Shown here: piece after piece, positions 19,316 to 29,035 of the stretch
Layout of the letters: each line of letters begins with the position of its first letter
Numbering within the stretch: the first letter of the stretch is position 1
DNA from: Nitrosopumilus sp.
GTDB taxonomy: Archaea > Thermoproteota > Nitrososphaeria > Nitrososphaerales > Nitrosopumilaceae
Assembly (NCBI GenBank): GCA_965207075.1
Contig: CBDBLO010000002.1
Location: 1,824,001 to 1,888,000 of the forward strand
Length of the DNA stretch: 64,000 bases
Reading direction: 5' to 3'
The notes under the pieces: generated by a model
Told to the model about the DNA's origin: nothing
Seen by the model: the letters and a program-made list of their open reading frames with translations, nothing else
Database searches by the model: none
Made by a program: the position numbers and the translations under genes

Positions 19316-20041
19316 ATGTCCGGATACACAGGCGCGCAGATATTTGCAGTGGAGCTGATAGGCACCTTTGTCCTCGTGGTACTTGCGACGGGCACCATGG
19401 TGTATGACGCCCAAGCGGAGGGGGTCTACGGGCTGTATATCGCGGCCGCGGGGCCCTTTGTTGCTCTGGTCATATGCGTGGGCCTGTTTGCAAGGGTGTC
19501 GCTTGCCCACTTCAACCCAGCCGTGACAATCGCGTATTATGTGACCGGACACACAAAGAGGGGCCAGCTGGCGTGGTACCTGTCGGCCGAGTTGGCCGGG
19601 GCCGTGCTCGGCTCCCTGTTTGTCATGGCGTTCATAGGGACGGATGCCGACCTTGGCGCAAACGCCCCGAACCGAGACCTGCCGGTTATCGTGACGTTTC
19701 CGGCCGAGGTGCTGGCGTCCGCCATGCTGATGGGCGTCATATTGTACGTGGTGTACACAAAGGGCCTGCGCGGGTTTGGCGGCGCGGCCATAGGGGGCAT
19801 CGTGGCGCTCGACATACTGCTCATGGGAAACGTGTCGGGCGCGTCCATGAACCCCGCAAGGGCGCTCGCCCCCGCCGTGCTCTCGGGCGCAGTCGCCGAC
19901 CTGTGGCTGTACTGGACCGCCCCCTTTGCAGGGACGGTGGCCGCGGCCGTGCTGGCAAGGCGCAGGTTCCGGGCGCAGGCAGTACGCGGCGGGGGCGGCG
20001 GTGACGACGACGGTGGTAGTGGTGGTGGTGACGCGCCCTGA
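19316..20041 (+). CDS. MIP family aquaporin (possible arsenite channel)
   Basis: Two NPA motifs (AHFNPAVT, ASMNPARA), six TMs; downstream of arsC. Confidence 0.92.
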   Translation: MSGYTGAQIFAVELIGTFVLVVLATGTMVYDAQAEGVYGLYIAAAGPFVALVICVGLFARVSLAHFNPAVTIAYYVTGHTKRGQLAWYLSAELAGAVLGSLFVMAFIGTDADLGANAPNRDLPVIVTFPAEVLASAMLMGVILYVVYTKGLRGFGGAAIGGIVALDILLMGNVSGASMNPARALAPAVLSGAVADLWLYWTAPFAGTVAAAVLARRRFRAQAVRGGGGGDDDGGSGGGDAP

Positions 20042-20131
20042 TGCGGGCGCACCGACGCCGCGCGCCGCGGTTTCCGCTCCGGCCCGCGGCATCCCTACTA
20101 GAAATTAATAGAGCGGCGCCTCACGCAACGC

Positions 20132-21430
20132 ATGGCAGAAAGATCGGCGGCCCTGTTTGAGAGGGCCAAAAAGGCCATGCCGTCTGGCGTGACCAGTCCG
20201 GTGCGCTACTTTGAGCCGTACCCGTTCTTTGTAGGAAGGGCCGACGGGAGCCACATGTGGGACGCCGACGGGAAAAAGATCACCGACATGTGCTGCGGGT
20301 ACGGGGCCCTCCTCCTGGGGCACCGCAGAAGGGAGATTGTAAGGGCCGTCGAGGCCCAGCTTGGGCGCGGAACCCTCTACTGCGCCCCCACGGACGCAGA
20401 GTCGGAGCTCGCAGAGATGATCATATCAAGATATCCGTCGGTGGAGATGGTCCGGCTCGTAAACACGGGGGGCGAGGCGACGATGACCGCGATACGCCTT
20501 GCAAGGGGCTACACGGGGCGCAGCAAGGTGCTAAAGTTCGAGGGCTGCTACCACGGGGCGCACGACTCCGTGCTGGTTGGGGCCGGCTCGGGCGCCGCCC
20601 ACTACGGGGTGCCTGCATCGGCAGGCGTGCCAAAGAGCGTGTCGAGGGACACCATAGTGACCGGGTACAACGACGCGGGGGCAGCAGAGCGCGTCATAGA
20701 GGGGCACGCCGACGAGATTGCGTGCGTTATAGTGGAGCCCGTAATGGCAAACATGGGGCTGATACCCCCAAAGCCGGGATTCCTAAGGAGGCTGCGCAAG
20801 GTTACAAGGGACAACGGCATACTGCTGGTGTTCGACGAGGTCGTGACAGGCTTCAGGGTCGCGCCCGGCGGGGCCCAGCAGCACTACAACGTGAGCCCCG
20901 ACATCACCACCATGGCAAAGGCCATGAGCAACGGGTTTGGAATCGCGGCCGTCGGGGGCAGAAGGAAGATAATGCAAAAGCTTGCGCCGTCGGGCCCCGT
21001 ATACCAGGCAAGCACCTTTGCAGGAAACCCGCTTGCAGTCAGCGCCGCCGTCGCGTCCTTGAGGGTCATGGGCAGGCTGGGAAGCGCCATGTACGCGAGG
21101 CTCGACAGGAACTCAAGGCACATAGCAGACGCGGTGGAGGATGCCGCGTCGTCGTGCGGCATACCGCACGTGACAAACCGCGTCGGGTCCATGATGCAGG
21201 TATTCTTTACGGCCCAGCGCAAGGTGGGCAGCAGCGCCGACGCGCTCAGGTGCAGCAGGGAGAAATTCCAGATACTGTGCAGGACGATGCTCAAAAAGGG
21301 GGTGTTCGTGGCCCCGTCCCAGTTTGAGGTCGCGTTCCTGTCATACGCCCACGACGGCAGGGACGTCGAGCGCGTTGCCGACGCGTACGGGGCGGGGCTC
21401 AGGGCGGTAAGGGACAATGGAAGAGACTGA
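20132..21430 (+). CDS. hemL: Glutamate-1-semialdehyde 2,1-aminomutase
   Basis: 'GVTSPVR', 'KFEGCYHGAHD', 'FDEVVTGFR', 'YQASTFAGNP'. Confidence 0.96.
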   Translation: MAERSAALFERAKKAMPSGVTSPVRYFEPYPFFVGRADGSHMWDADGKKITDMCCGYGALLLGHRRREIVRAVEAQLGRGTLYCAPTDAESELAEMIISRYPSVEMVRLVNTGGEATMTAIRLARGYTGRSKVLKFEGCYHGAHDSVLVGAGSGAAHYGVPASAGVPKSVSRDTIVTGYNDAGAAERVIEGHADEIACVIVEPVMANMGLIPPKPGFLRRLRKVTRDNGILLVFDEVVTGFRVAPGGAQQHYNVSPDITTMAKAMSNGFGIAAVGGRRKIMQKLAPSGPVYQASTFAGNPLAVSAAVASLRVMGRLGSAMYARLDRNSRHIADAVEDAASSCGIPHVTNRVGSMMQVFFTAQRKVGSSADALRCSREKFQILCRTMLKKGVFVAPSQFEVAFLSYAHDGRDVERVADAYGAGLRAVRDNGRD

Positions 21431-22439
21431 CGCGGGCGCAAGCGCCAGCGGTGTGGGGGCGCCGGCAGGAGAACCGAGATACGTGGTGGCCGCGCGCGGC
21501 AGCCGCCTCTCGCTTGCCCAGGCAGGCGCGGTGGCAGGGCAGCTTGAGGAGGCGAACCCCGGCACGTCATATGAGATAACCACCGTAACCACAAGGGGCG
21601 ACACTGACGCGCGCCCGCTCTTTACCATAGACCAGAAAGGCATATTCGAAAAGGAGGTGGACAGGGCAGTCGCAGACGGGAGGGCGGACTTTGCGGTGCA
21701 CAGCATGAAGGACGTGCCGTCCGAGCTTCCCGACGGGCTCGTGCTGGCGTGCGTTCCGGAGCGCGAGAGGCCAGACGACGTACTGATAACAGCAGACGGC
21801 AGCACCCTCGAGGAGATGCGCCAGGGCGCCGTCATTGGGACAAGCAGCCTGAGGCGGGCAGTCCAGATCGCAAGGGCGCGCCCAGACGTGGTGGTCAAGC
21901 CCATCCGGGGAAACGTGGAGACGCGAATAGGAAAGATACGGGGCGGCGGCGGTGACAGTGCGGCCGCTGCAGTGGACGGGGTCGTCCTAGCGTACGCGGG
22001 GATTGCAAGGCTGAACCTTGACGCAAGGTACGCCGTACTGCCGCTAGACGGCTTCCTGCCCTCGCCGGGACAGGGCGCCCTTGCAGTCATATCGAGGGCG
22101 GAGGATACGGACACCGCGGCGATGCTCCGGGGCATAGAGCACGCAGGCTCCAGGGCAGAGGCCGACGCGGAGCGGGCCCTGTCAGACGCGGTGGGCTCGG
22201 GGTGCAGGTTTCCTGTAGGCGCCCTGGCCCGACACACAGGGGGCGGCATTGCAATCAGGGCCGACGCGTTCTCCATCGACGGCAGCGACTACATTACCGT
22301 GGACGTGGCGGCGGGGGGACGGGACCCCGATGCCGCCGCAGATGTCGGAAGACGGGCCGGCGCGGAGATGATGGCAAAGGGCGTCTCCAGACTTGGGTTA
22401 AAATGGAGGGAGGGGCTAGCAGAGTGGAACCGAGGGTGA
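21417..22439 (+). CDS. hemC: Porphobilinogen deaminase
   Basis: 'RGSRLSLAQ', 'AVHSMKDVP', 'GTSSLRR', 'RGNVETR', 'GCRFPVG'. Confidence 0.96.
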   Translation: MEETDAGASASGVGAPAGEPRYVVAARGSRLSLAQAGAVAGQLEEANPGTSYEITTVTTRGDTDARPLFTIDQKGIFEKEVDRAVADGRADFAVHSMKDVPSELPDGLVLACVPERERPDDVLITADGSTLEEMRQGAVIGTSSLRRAVQIARARPDVVVKPIRGNVETRIGKIRGGGGDSAAAAVDGVVLAYAGIARLNLDARYAVLPLDGFLPSPGQGALAVISRAEDTDTAAMLRGIEHAGSRAEADAERALSDAVGSGCRFPVGALARHTGGGIAIRADAFSIDGSDYITVDVAAGGRDPDAAADVGRRAGAEMMAKGVSRLGLKWREGLAEWNRG

Positions 22440-23206
22440 GAGGAAAGAAGGGCACGGGCACCGGCACCGTCTACCTGGTGGGGGCGGGCCCCGGCGACCC
22501 CAAGCTGATAACCATGCGCGCAGTCGAACTGCTGCAAAAGGCCGATGTCATACTGTACGACAGGCTCGTAAGCAGGAAGATCCTGAACATGGCGCCAAAG
22601 TCCGCAGAGAAAGAATACGTTGGCCGCGCAGTCGGCGACCCGACGACCCACCAGAACGACACGAACGAGGCGATGCTGAGGCACGCCAAGAGGAAGAGGC
22701 GCATAGTGCGGCTGAAGGGCGGCGACCCGGTGATGTTCGGGAGGGGCGGCGAGGAGGCCGAATTCCTCAGGCGCAACAACATAGGGTACGAGATTGTGCC
22801 GGGCGTCACGTCGGGCATCGGATCGGCCACGTACTCCGGCATACCGCTCACGCACAGAAAACACTCGTCTTCCGTGGCCTTTGTCACGGGCCACGAGGAT
22901 CCGGAGAAGAGAAGGGAGGCCGTAAAATGGAAGCGTCTGGCAAGGTCAGTCGACACCATAGTGGTGATGATGGGGCTCTCAAGAATCGGCACCATATGCG
23001 GCGAGCTGGTCGCAGGCGGAATGGATCCAAAGACGCCCGTGGCGGTGATACAGGACGGCACCACGCCAAAGCACAGGACCATAACAGGCAGCCTCTCCAA
23101 CATACAGTCAAAGGTAAAGAGGGCGGGGGTCAGGCCGCCGGCCAACATAATCATAGGAAGCGTAGTCGGGCTTGCAGGCGAGATAGGATGGAGAGAGGAC
23201 AGATGA
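22436..23206 (+). CDS. cobA: Uroporphyrinogen-III C-methyltransferase
   Basis: 'VYLVGAGPGDPKLIT', 'RLKGGDP..FGRGGEE'; GTG start overlapping the hemC stop. Confidence 0.95.
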   Translation: MRGKKGTGTGTVYLVGAGPGDPKLITMRAVELLQKADVILYDRLVSRKILNMAPKSAEKEYVGRAVGDPTTHQNDTNEAMLRHAKRKRRIVRLKGGDPVMFGRGGEEAEFLRRNNIGYEIVPGVTSGIGSATYSGIPLTHRKHSSSVAFVTGHEDPEKRREAVKWKRLARSVDTIVVMMGLSRIGTICGELVAGGMDPKTPVAVIQDGTTPKHRTITGSLSNIQSKVKRAGVRPPANIIIGSVVGLAGEIGWREDR

Positions 23207-24114
23207 GCCAGGACGTCCAGGCCGAGGCGGGCGGCAGCGCGCCGACTCAGCAAAGGACCGTTGCAATAACACGCTCGCCGGATGACGCGGCCGAGTTTCT
23301 GGAGATGGCCCGCGGCAGGGGCATCAGGGCGCACGCCCTGCCCACCATACAGCTCGTCAGCAAGGGAGACAAGATAGTAAACGAGTTCCTTGGCACCGCA
23401 AGGGCGGAGTCGCCGGACTATGCCGTATTCATGAGCTCAAAGGCGGTAAGGCTGCTCTTTGATACCGCGCGCAAGCTGGACAAGGGTGGTGGTCCGCAGA
23501 CTGGAGAAGCGGAGGCCGCAGACGGCGGATCCGCCGCACAGCCGGGATCCACATACGAGAGGCTCAGGCTCGCAGTCGCAAACATGACAGTCGTCGCGGT
23601 GGGTCCGAAGACGCGCAGCGCGCTCGAGTCGGAGGGGATAAGGGTCAACGAGATGCCCCCAAAGACGTACTCGTCAGTCGGAGTGGGCGAGCTATTCACG
23701 GGACTGAACGCGGTAGGCCGCAAGGCCATAATACCGCGGAGCGGCGCATCGACGCCGTTTCTAAAGGAGCTGCTCGAGAAGATCGGGCTTGACGTGGTGG
23801 AGCTGCACCTGTACGACGTGTGCGCGTTCTCCGACACCGACACGTGGAACGGCTTCAGAACGGAGTTTGCAGGGGGCCGGATAGACGGAATCGTGTTTAC
23901 GAGCGCGTCGTCCGTGAGGGGGTTTGTGGAGATAATGTCAAAGGACTTTGGCGCGGACGCACTGACAGAGAAGCTGTCCCGCACGGCCGTGGTGGCAATA
24001 GGCCCGTTTACGGCAGACGAGCTCAAAAAGAAGGGCGTGACGCACAACGTCATATCAGAGGTGCACACCGTCCAGGGCGCGTTTGAGACCATGGCGCGCG
24101 AGATTGGCGCATAG
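23203..24114 (+). CDS. hemD: Uroporphyrinogen-III synthase
   Basis: 'VAITR', 'AVGPKT', 'FTSASSV', 'AIGPFTA'; operon context. Confidence 0.9.
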   Translation: MSQDVQAEAGGSAPTQQRTVAITRSPDDAAEFLEMARGRGIRAHALPTIQLVSKGDKIVNEFLGTARAESPDYAVFMSSKAVRLLFDTARKLDKGGGPQTGEAEAADGGSAAQPGSTYERLRLAVANMTVVAVGPKTRSALESEGIRVNEMPPKTYSSVGVGELFTGLNAVGRKAIIPRSGASTPFLKELLEKIGLDVVELHLYDVCAFSDTDTWNGFRTEFAGGRIDGIVFTSASSVRGFVEIMSKDFGADALTEKLSRTAVVAIGPFTADELKKKGVTHNVISEVHTVQGAFETMAREIGA

Positions 24115-24240
24115 CGCCGCGCGTACGGGCCGCCGGCCGTCCTCACCCGGATGGGCATCGCGGCACGGCCGCCGCGCGAAAGGATGCCAGCCATGAGGCT
24201 GCAGACTCTTCTTATTATAGCGCGGGCCGCAACGAGCCTC

Positions 24241-24561
24241 ATGGAGTTCCACCCAAGGGACGTGCCCGTGCTCAAAACGTACGACGTAAAGGACGAGGGA
24301 GACGCGGCGGAGGCAGTAGAGGACATGGTGCGCCTCGGATTCAAGGGCAAGAAGGGGGGCTTCAGGGTGATAATGCCAAAGGCGAACTCCAAGCTGGCAA
24401 AGAGGATAGGCTATGCCGTGACGACCGGCGTGACGCACGGGCTGCGGCAGGCAAACGAGACGCGCGACATCAAATACTGGACGTACCACCACGACGAAGG
24501 CCATTACGCCATAGTGCTGATAGGCAGCGGGGCGCTTGAGGATCTGGGGTTTGGGGACTAG
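24241..24561 (+). CDS. Conserved-looking hypothetical protein
   Basis: ORF from MEFHPRDVP with host-like codon usage. Confidence 0.7.
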   Translation: MEFHPRDVPVLKTYDVKDEGDAAEAVEDMVRLGFKGKKGGFRVIMPKANSKLAKRIGYAVTTGVTHGLRQANETRDIKYWTYHHDEGHYAIVLIGSGALEDLGFGD

Positions 24562-24602
24562 CGCATCGCGGCGGGGCCGGCGTCGGGGCCGCCGCGGCTG
24601 CC

Positions 24603-25274
24603 CTAGCCGCTGTTCTTTTCCTCAAACATGCGGTACAGCTTTGTCTTGTGCATCAGCACACCGGCAAGCATGGCACCCATTATGACGCCGCCCACGACGT
24701 CCATCACATAGTGCTGCATGACATAGACGCGGCTGACTGACATCAGCGCAGGATACAGCAGTATCAGGTACGCTCCGCGCGGGAAGCGGCCGGACAGGGC
24801 ATACCCCAGGACCGCGGCAAGCGCCATTGCCCGCGCCGCGTGCCCCGCGGGATACGACGCGGCAATGCTTCCCTCGCAGAACAGCGCAAAGGTGTCCCTG
24901 CTTATGCTGACCGGGAACGGGACGCCCTCAAACTCGTACTCCGGGCCGTTCCTGTCCACCCCGCACTTTACGTACCCCGCAAGCAGGGTGGAGATCACAA
25001 TCAGTATCATTAGGGTGATCCCGATGCGCCTCGTGCGCGGAATCAGCAGTATGGCAATCGCAAAGACCATCATGTTGAACACGTCGCCGGCCTCCGTGAC
25101 GTACTGCATTATCCCGTCGAGTGCGGGGTCACCTACAACGTGATACAGCGCGGACTGCACCGCCTCGTCGAGCGGCGCGGTCGCTCCGCCGTACACCATG
25201 AGCGAGACTGTCGCAAACAGGGCGGCAAGCAGTACGAATGGACGGGACCGCACCTCAAACATCCATTTACGCAT
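24603..25274 (-). CDS. PAP2-family membrane phosphatase
   Basis: 'SYPAGHA' and 'SRVYVMQHY..DV' motifs; TM segments. Confidence 0.88.
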   Translation of the reverse strand: MRKWMFEVRSRPFVLLAALFATVSLMVYGGATAPLDEAVQSALYHVVGDPALDGIMQYVTEAGDVFNMMVFAIAILLIPRTRRIGITLMILIVISTLLAGYVKCGVDRNGPEYEFEGVPFPVSISRDTFALFCEGSIAASYPAGHAARAMALAAVLGYALSGRFPRGAYLILLYPALMSVSRVYVMQHYVMDVVGGVIMGAMLAGVLMHKTKLYRMFEEKNSG

Positions 25275-25364
25275 TGCACCGGATGGTTCGAAACGGCTTA
25301 TGAATCGTATATTTTTGCACGCGCAACGGCGGCGGCGGCGGCAGTACGTACTTGCAAGATCATG

Positions 25365-25452
25365 TGGTGCGGGCGATGGGATTTGAACCCACGAACTCCT
25401 GAGAGACTAGCCCCTCAAGCTAGCGCCTTTGGCCAGGCTGGGCAACGCCCGC
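25365..25452 (-). tRNA. tRNA-Leu(GAG), CCA encoded
   Basis: GCGGGCG/CGCCCGC acceptor stem, CTAGC-TTGAGGG-GCTAG anticodon arm, long variable arm, GGTTCAAATCC. Confidence 0.96.
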
Positions 25453-25502
25453 AAGTGGAAGCCCTTGCATGGTTTTTATAATCCTTGGTCGGTTTCGGCC
25501 GT

Positions 25503-25745
25503 ATGCTTGTTCCCGTCAGGTGTTTTACGTGCGGGAGCCTGATTTCAGACAGGTTTTACGAATATCAGGAAAAGAGTCAGCAGTCGGCAGGAGTGAGTCC
25601 AGACAAGATACTAGACGAGCTCGGCATCGAGAGGTACTGTTGCAGGAGGATGCTGTTAACCACTGTGGAGACAATCCAGCAGATAATCCCGTTCTATGAG
25701 GCCATGCATAGGCGGAAGACAGAGATCCAGACAGAGATGGAGTAA
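25503..25745 (+). CDS. rpoN: DNA-directed RNA polymerase subunit N (Rpo10)
   Basis: 'PVRCFTCG', 'LGIERYCCRRM'. Confidence 0.96.
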   Translation: MLVPVRCFTCGSLISDRFYEYQEKSQQSAGVSPDKILDELGIERYCCRRMLLTTVETIQQIIPFYEAMHRRKTEIQTEME

Positions 25746-27055
25746 TGCCTGCCATAACGGCGGTAAGGGGCCGTCTCGTATACAACAGCAGGGGCAGTCC
25801 CACCATAGAAGTCGACATTACGACAGATGACAGGCACGCGGGCAGGGCCGCTGCGCCCTCCGGCGCAAGCGTCGGGATCCACGAGACGGCAAGCTTTCCG
25901 GAGGGTGGCGTGGCCGCGAGCCTCCAGATACTCAACGACAACGCCGGCAGGATATCGGGCGCGGACCCCGGGGACGTGGGCGCCATGAACAAAGTAATCA
26001 GGGAGATCGACCCGGAGCCGGGGTACCCCAAGATGGGCGGCAGCCTCGCCTTTGCGCTGAGCATAGCGGCCGCGGAGTCCGCGGCCAAGTCAGCAGGCAA
26101 GCCGCTCTACAGGTTCCTGGGGGAGCAGGCGCCACTGGCATCCACTTCGTCGTCGCCGTCAGCGTCGTCGTCGTCGTCGGCAAAGCGATACAGGTTCCCG
26201 TTCCCGCTTGGAAACATACTGGGCGGGGGGGCGCACGCTGGACCCGGGACGCCTGACATACAGGAGATCCTGATCTGCGCCGCGGGCTCGGACACCGTAC
26301 AGGACGCCATACGGACAAACCTCGAGGTCCATTCGGAGCTTCGCAGGGTCCTGCAGAAACTGGATCCCGGCTTTTCGGGCGGAAAGGGAGACGAGGGCGG
26401 ATGGGCCCCCAAGCTCGACAATGAAAGGGCGCTGCAGGCAGCTGCCAAGGCATGCGAGAACCTGGGGTTTACGCTCGGCAGGGAGGTCTCGCTTGGCGTC
26501 GACTTTGCATCGTCCACCCAGTGGGACGCGTCAAGGTCAAGGTACGTGTACGACAGGGCCGGCTTTGAGAACGACCCGGGGGAGCAGATCGAGTTTGCGT
26601 CGGATTTGATATCCAGGTTCAAGCTGATATACGCGGAGGACGCCGTACACGAGGAGGCGTTTGAGGACATGGCGCAGATAAGGGCGCGCTTCCCGGACGT
26701 GCTGGTTACGGGCGACGACCTCACCGTTACGAACGCGGCCATACTCGAAAAGGCGGCGCGCGGCGGATCCTGCAACGCGGCGATACTAAAGGTCAACCAG
26801 GCGGGCGGGCTCTACGACGCGCTCGAGTTTGCCGCGGCGGGCGCCAGAAACGACATCAGCCTCGTGACATCCCACCGCTCCGGGGAGTCCACCGAGTCGC
26901 ACATCTCGCACATAGGGATAGCGACGGGATCAAAGATGCTCAAGGTCGGGGTGGTAGGCGGCGAGAGGGTGGCAAAGCTCAACGAACTGCTCAGGATTGC
27001 AGAGTCCCAAGACGGCACGGAGCATGATTTAATACAAGGCATGGCAGAGTTGTGA
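25745..27055 (+). CDS. eno: Enolase
   Basis: 'NSRGSPTIEV', 'PSGASVG', 'LKVNQ', 'SHRSGE', 'ERVAKLNELLRI'. Confidence 0.95.
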   Translation: MPAITAVRGRLVYNSRGSPTIEVDITTDDRHAGRAAAPSGASVGIHETASFPEGGVAASLQILNDNAGRISGADPGDVGAMNKVIREIDPEPGYPKMGGSLAFALSIAAAESAAKSAGKPLYRFLGEQAPLASTSSSPSASSSSSAKRYRFPFPLGNILGGGAHAGPGTPDIQEILICAAGSDTVQDAIRTNLEVHSELRRVLQKLDPGFSGGKGDEGGWAPKLDNERALQAAAKACENLGFTLGREVSLGVDFASSTQWDASRSRYVYDRAGFENDPGEQIEFASDLISRFKLIYAEDAVHEEAFEDMAQIRARFPDVLVTGDDLTVTNAAILEKAARGGSCNAAILKVNQAGGLYDALEFAAAGARNDISLVTSHRSGESTESHISHIGIATGSKMLKVGVVGGERVAKLNELLRIAESQDGTEHDLIQGMAEL

Positions 27056-27060
27056 AATCC

Positions 27061-27744
27061 ATGAGTAGCCAACAGCAGCAGCCCCCGGAGGCAGAATCAC
27101 CACAACAGCAGCAGCAGCAGCAACAGCAGTCCCTGGAGACCACCGACATACAGAAAAAGATACTCGTAACCGGAATCAGGGTCGGGACGCAGGTAAAGAC
27201 AAAGTTCATGAGGCAGTTCATCACAAAGGCCAGCACTGACGGCCTCTACATGCTTGACCTGGACAAGACGTTTGAGAGGATAAAGACGGCAGCCAAGTTC
27301 ATCAACAGGATCGGGGCGGAGAACCTCATAGTGTGCTCTGCAAGGCAGTACGCCGCGACGCCCATCGAAAAGTTCTGCGAGAGGCTCAACTCAAAGATGC
27401 TGACCGGAAGGTTCATGCCGGGCACGCTGACAAACCCGTCGCTGCCGTACTATATCGAGCCCAAGCTCGTGCTAGTCTCGGATCCCCAGATGGACGAGCA
27501 GGCCGTAACGGAGGCCAAGAACGCGGGAATACCCGTCATCGGGATTGCAAACACCGACAACATCACGTCGGATCTCGACCTGATAATACCTGCAAACAAC
27601 AGGGGGCGCAAGGCGCTGGCCACCATCTACTGGCTGCTCGTGCGCCAGATCATGATAGAGCGCGGCGAGATCGGCGAGAACGACCCGGTGGGCTTTGAGA
27701 TCGACGACTTTGAGACAAAGGCAAACGAGGAAGACATCGAGTAG
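27061..27744 (+). CDS. rps2: 30S ribosomal protein S2 (uS2), with polyQ N-terminus
   Basis: 'GRFMPGTLTNP', 'IPANNRGRKAL'. Confidence 0.96.
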   Translation: MSSQQQQPPEAESPQQQQQQQQQSLETTDIQKKILVTGIRVGTQVKTKFMRQFITKASTDGLYMLDLDKTFERIKTAAKFINRIGAENLIVCSARQYAATPIEKFCERLNSKMLTGRFMPGTLTNPSLPYYIEPKLVLVSDPQMDEQAVTEAKNAGIPVIGIANTDNITSDLDLIIPANNRGRKALATIYWLLVRQIMIERGEIGENDPVGFEIDDFETKANEEDIE

Positions 27745-27917
27745 GCCCGCGGCGTCAGGAACGCACGCGCATTATTTCCGGCGGCGCGCCAGCGTCATTA
27801 TTGCATGGCAGCAATGGTAGCAGCATCACCACGACGCCAAGGCTGCGGAGACGGCGGCGTCTGAGAGAAGAGGATAAAGGACAACATCAATAATAGCACA
27901 AAAAAACACGGCAAGAT

Positions 27918-29000
27918 ATGGGCATGCAGGATGGCGCCAAGATGGGTGTTGGCGGTGGACGGATAGTCGCGTCCGCGCCCGGCAAGGTCATACTGTTCGG
28001 CGAGCACTTTGTCGTGTACGGCTCGAGCTCCATACTGTGCGCAATAGACAGGCGCGTGCACGTGGGGGCCGCAAAGTCAGACGGCGTGCGGATAACCTCC
28101 GAGCTGGGAACGCTGGAGTGCGAGTCGTTTAGCCGCGACGCGGCAGACGTGGATCCCGTCCTGAGGCCCCTGTACCACATAGCAAAGGAGGCCTGCAGGA
28201 TGGCGGGACGCAGCGGCGGGGGGATCACGCTTGACGTAAAGTCCGAGATACCGCCCGGCGCGGGCCTCGGCTCGTCCTCGGCGTGCTGCGTCGCGGGAGC
28301 AGCCGCTGCCCTCGGAGTCCTGGGGCAGCACCCCGGGCACAATACGGGCACCATCATACGCGTCGCGGCCGAGGCCGAGAGGACGGCGTTTCCAAACGCG
28401 TCGGGGGCGGATACGGCCGCGTCGGCCCTGGGGGGGATGATCACATACGACATCAAGTCAGGATGGGCCGCAATAAGGCGGCATAAAGGGGGCCCCGGGT
28501 TCGGGCTCGTCGTGTCCGATTCCGGAATCAAGCACAACACGGAGTCGGTAGTCGGGATGGTCTCAGGGTTCAGGAGAGATCATCCCGAAGAGTTCGAGGA
28601 GCTGAGCCGGATGGAGTCCAGGCTGGTCTCAGACGTCACCGAACTGCTGGTATCCGGGGCGCTGCTGGATGGTGTGGCGGGATCGCCAGAGCCGCCAGAG
28701 CCGCCCCAAGCCGCCAAGCACGGCGGCGGGGAGTCTACTGCATCCATGCTGGGCAGGTGGGCCTCGCTCAACCAGTCATACCTGAGCAGGATAGGCGTCT
28801 CAAACGCCAAGCTAGACGAGATGATAGACGAGATGGACGGGGTCACTCACGGCTCCAAGATCACGGGCGCAGGCGGCGGGGGCTGCGCCATTGCGTTTAC
28901 GGATCCGGACGGCATGGAGGGCGCGGCCGCGGATTTGGCATCCAGAGGGCACGACTGCTTTGCGGCCGGCATAGACTACAGCGGATGCACCGCGGTTTGA
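27918..29000 (+). CDS. mvk: Mevalonate kinase
   Basis: 'SAPGKVILFGEHFVVYG', GHMP 'PPGAGLGSSSA', 'KITGAGGGG'. Confidence 0.94.
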   Translation: MGMQDGAKMGVGGGRIVASAPGKVILFGEHFVVYGSSSILCAIDRRVHVGAAKSDGVRITSELGTLECESFSRDAADVDPVLRPLYHIAKEACRMAGRSGGGITLDVKSEIPPGAGLGSSSACCVAGAAAALGVLGQHPGHNTGTIIRVAAEAERTAFPNASGADTAASALGGMITYDIKSGWAAIRRHKGGPGFGLVVSDSGIKHNTESVVGMVSGFRRDHPEEFEELSRMESRLVSDVTELLVSGALLDGVAGSPEPPEPPQAAKHGGGESTASMLGRWASLNQSYLSRIGVSNAKLDEMIDEMDGVTHGSKITGAGGGGCAIAFTDPDGMEGAAADLASRGHDCFAAGIDYSGCTAV

Positions 29001-29035
29001 ATACTTTTTTAACCGAATGCCCGGAAGATGCATAA

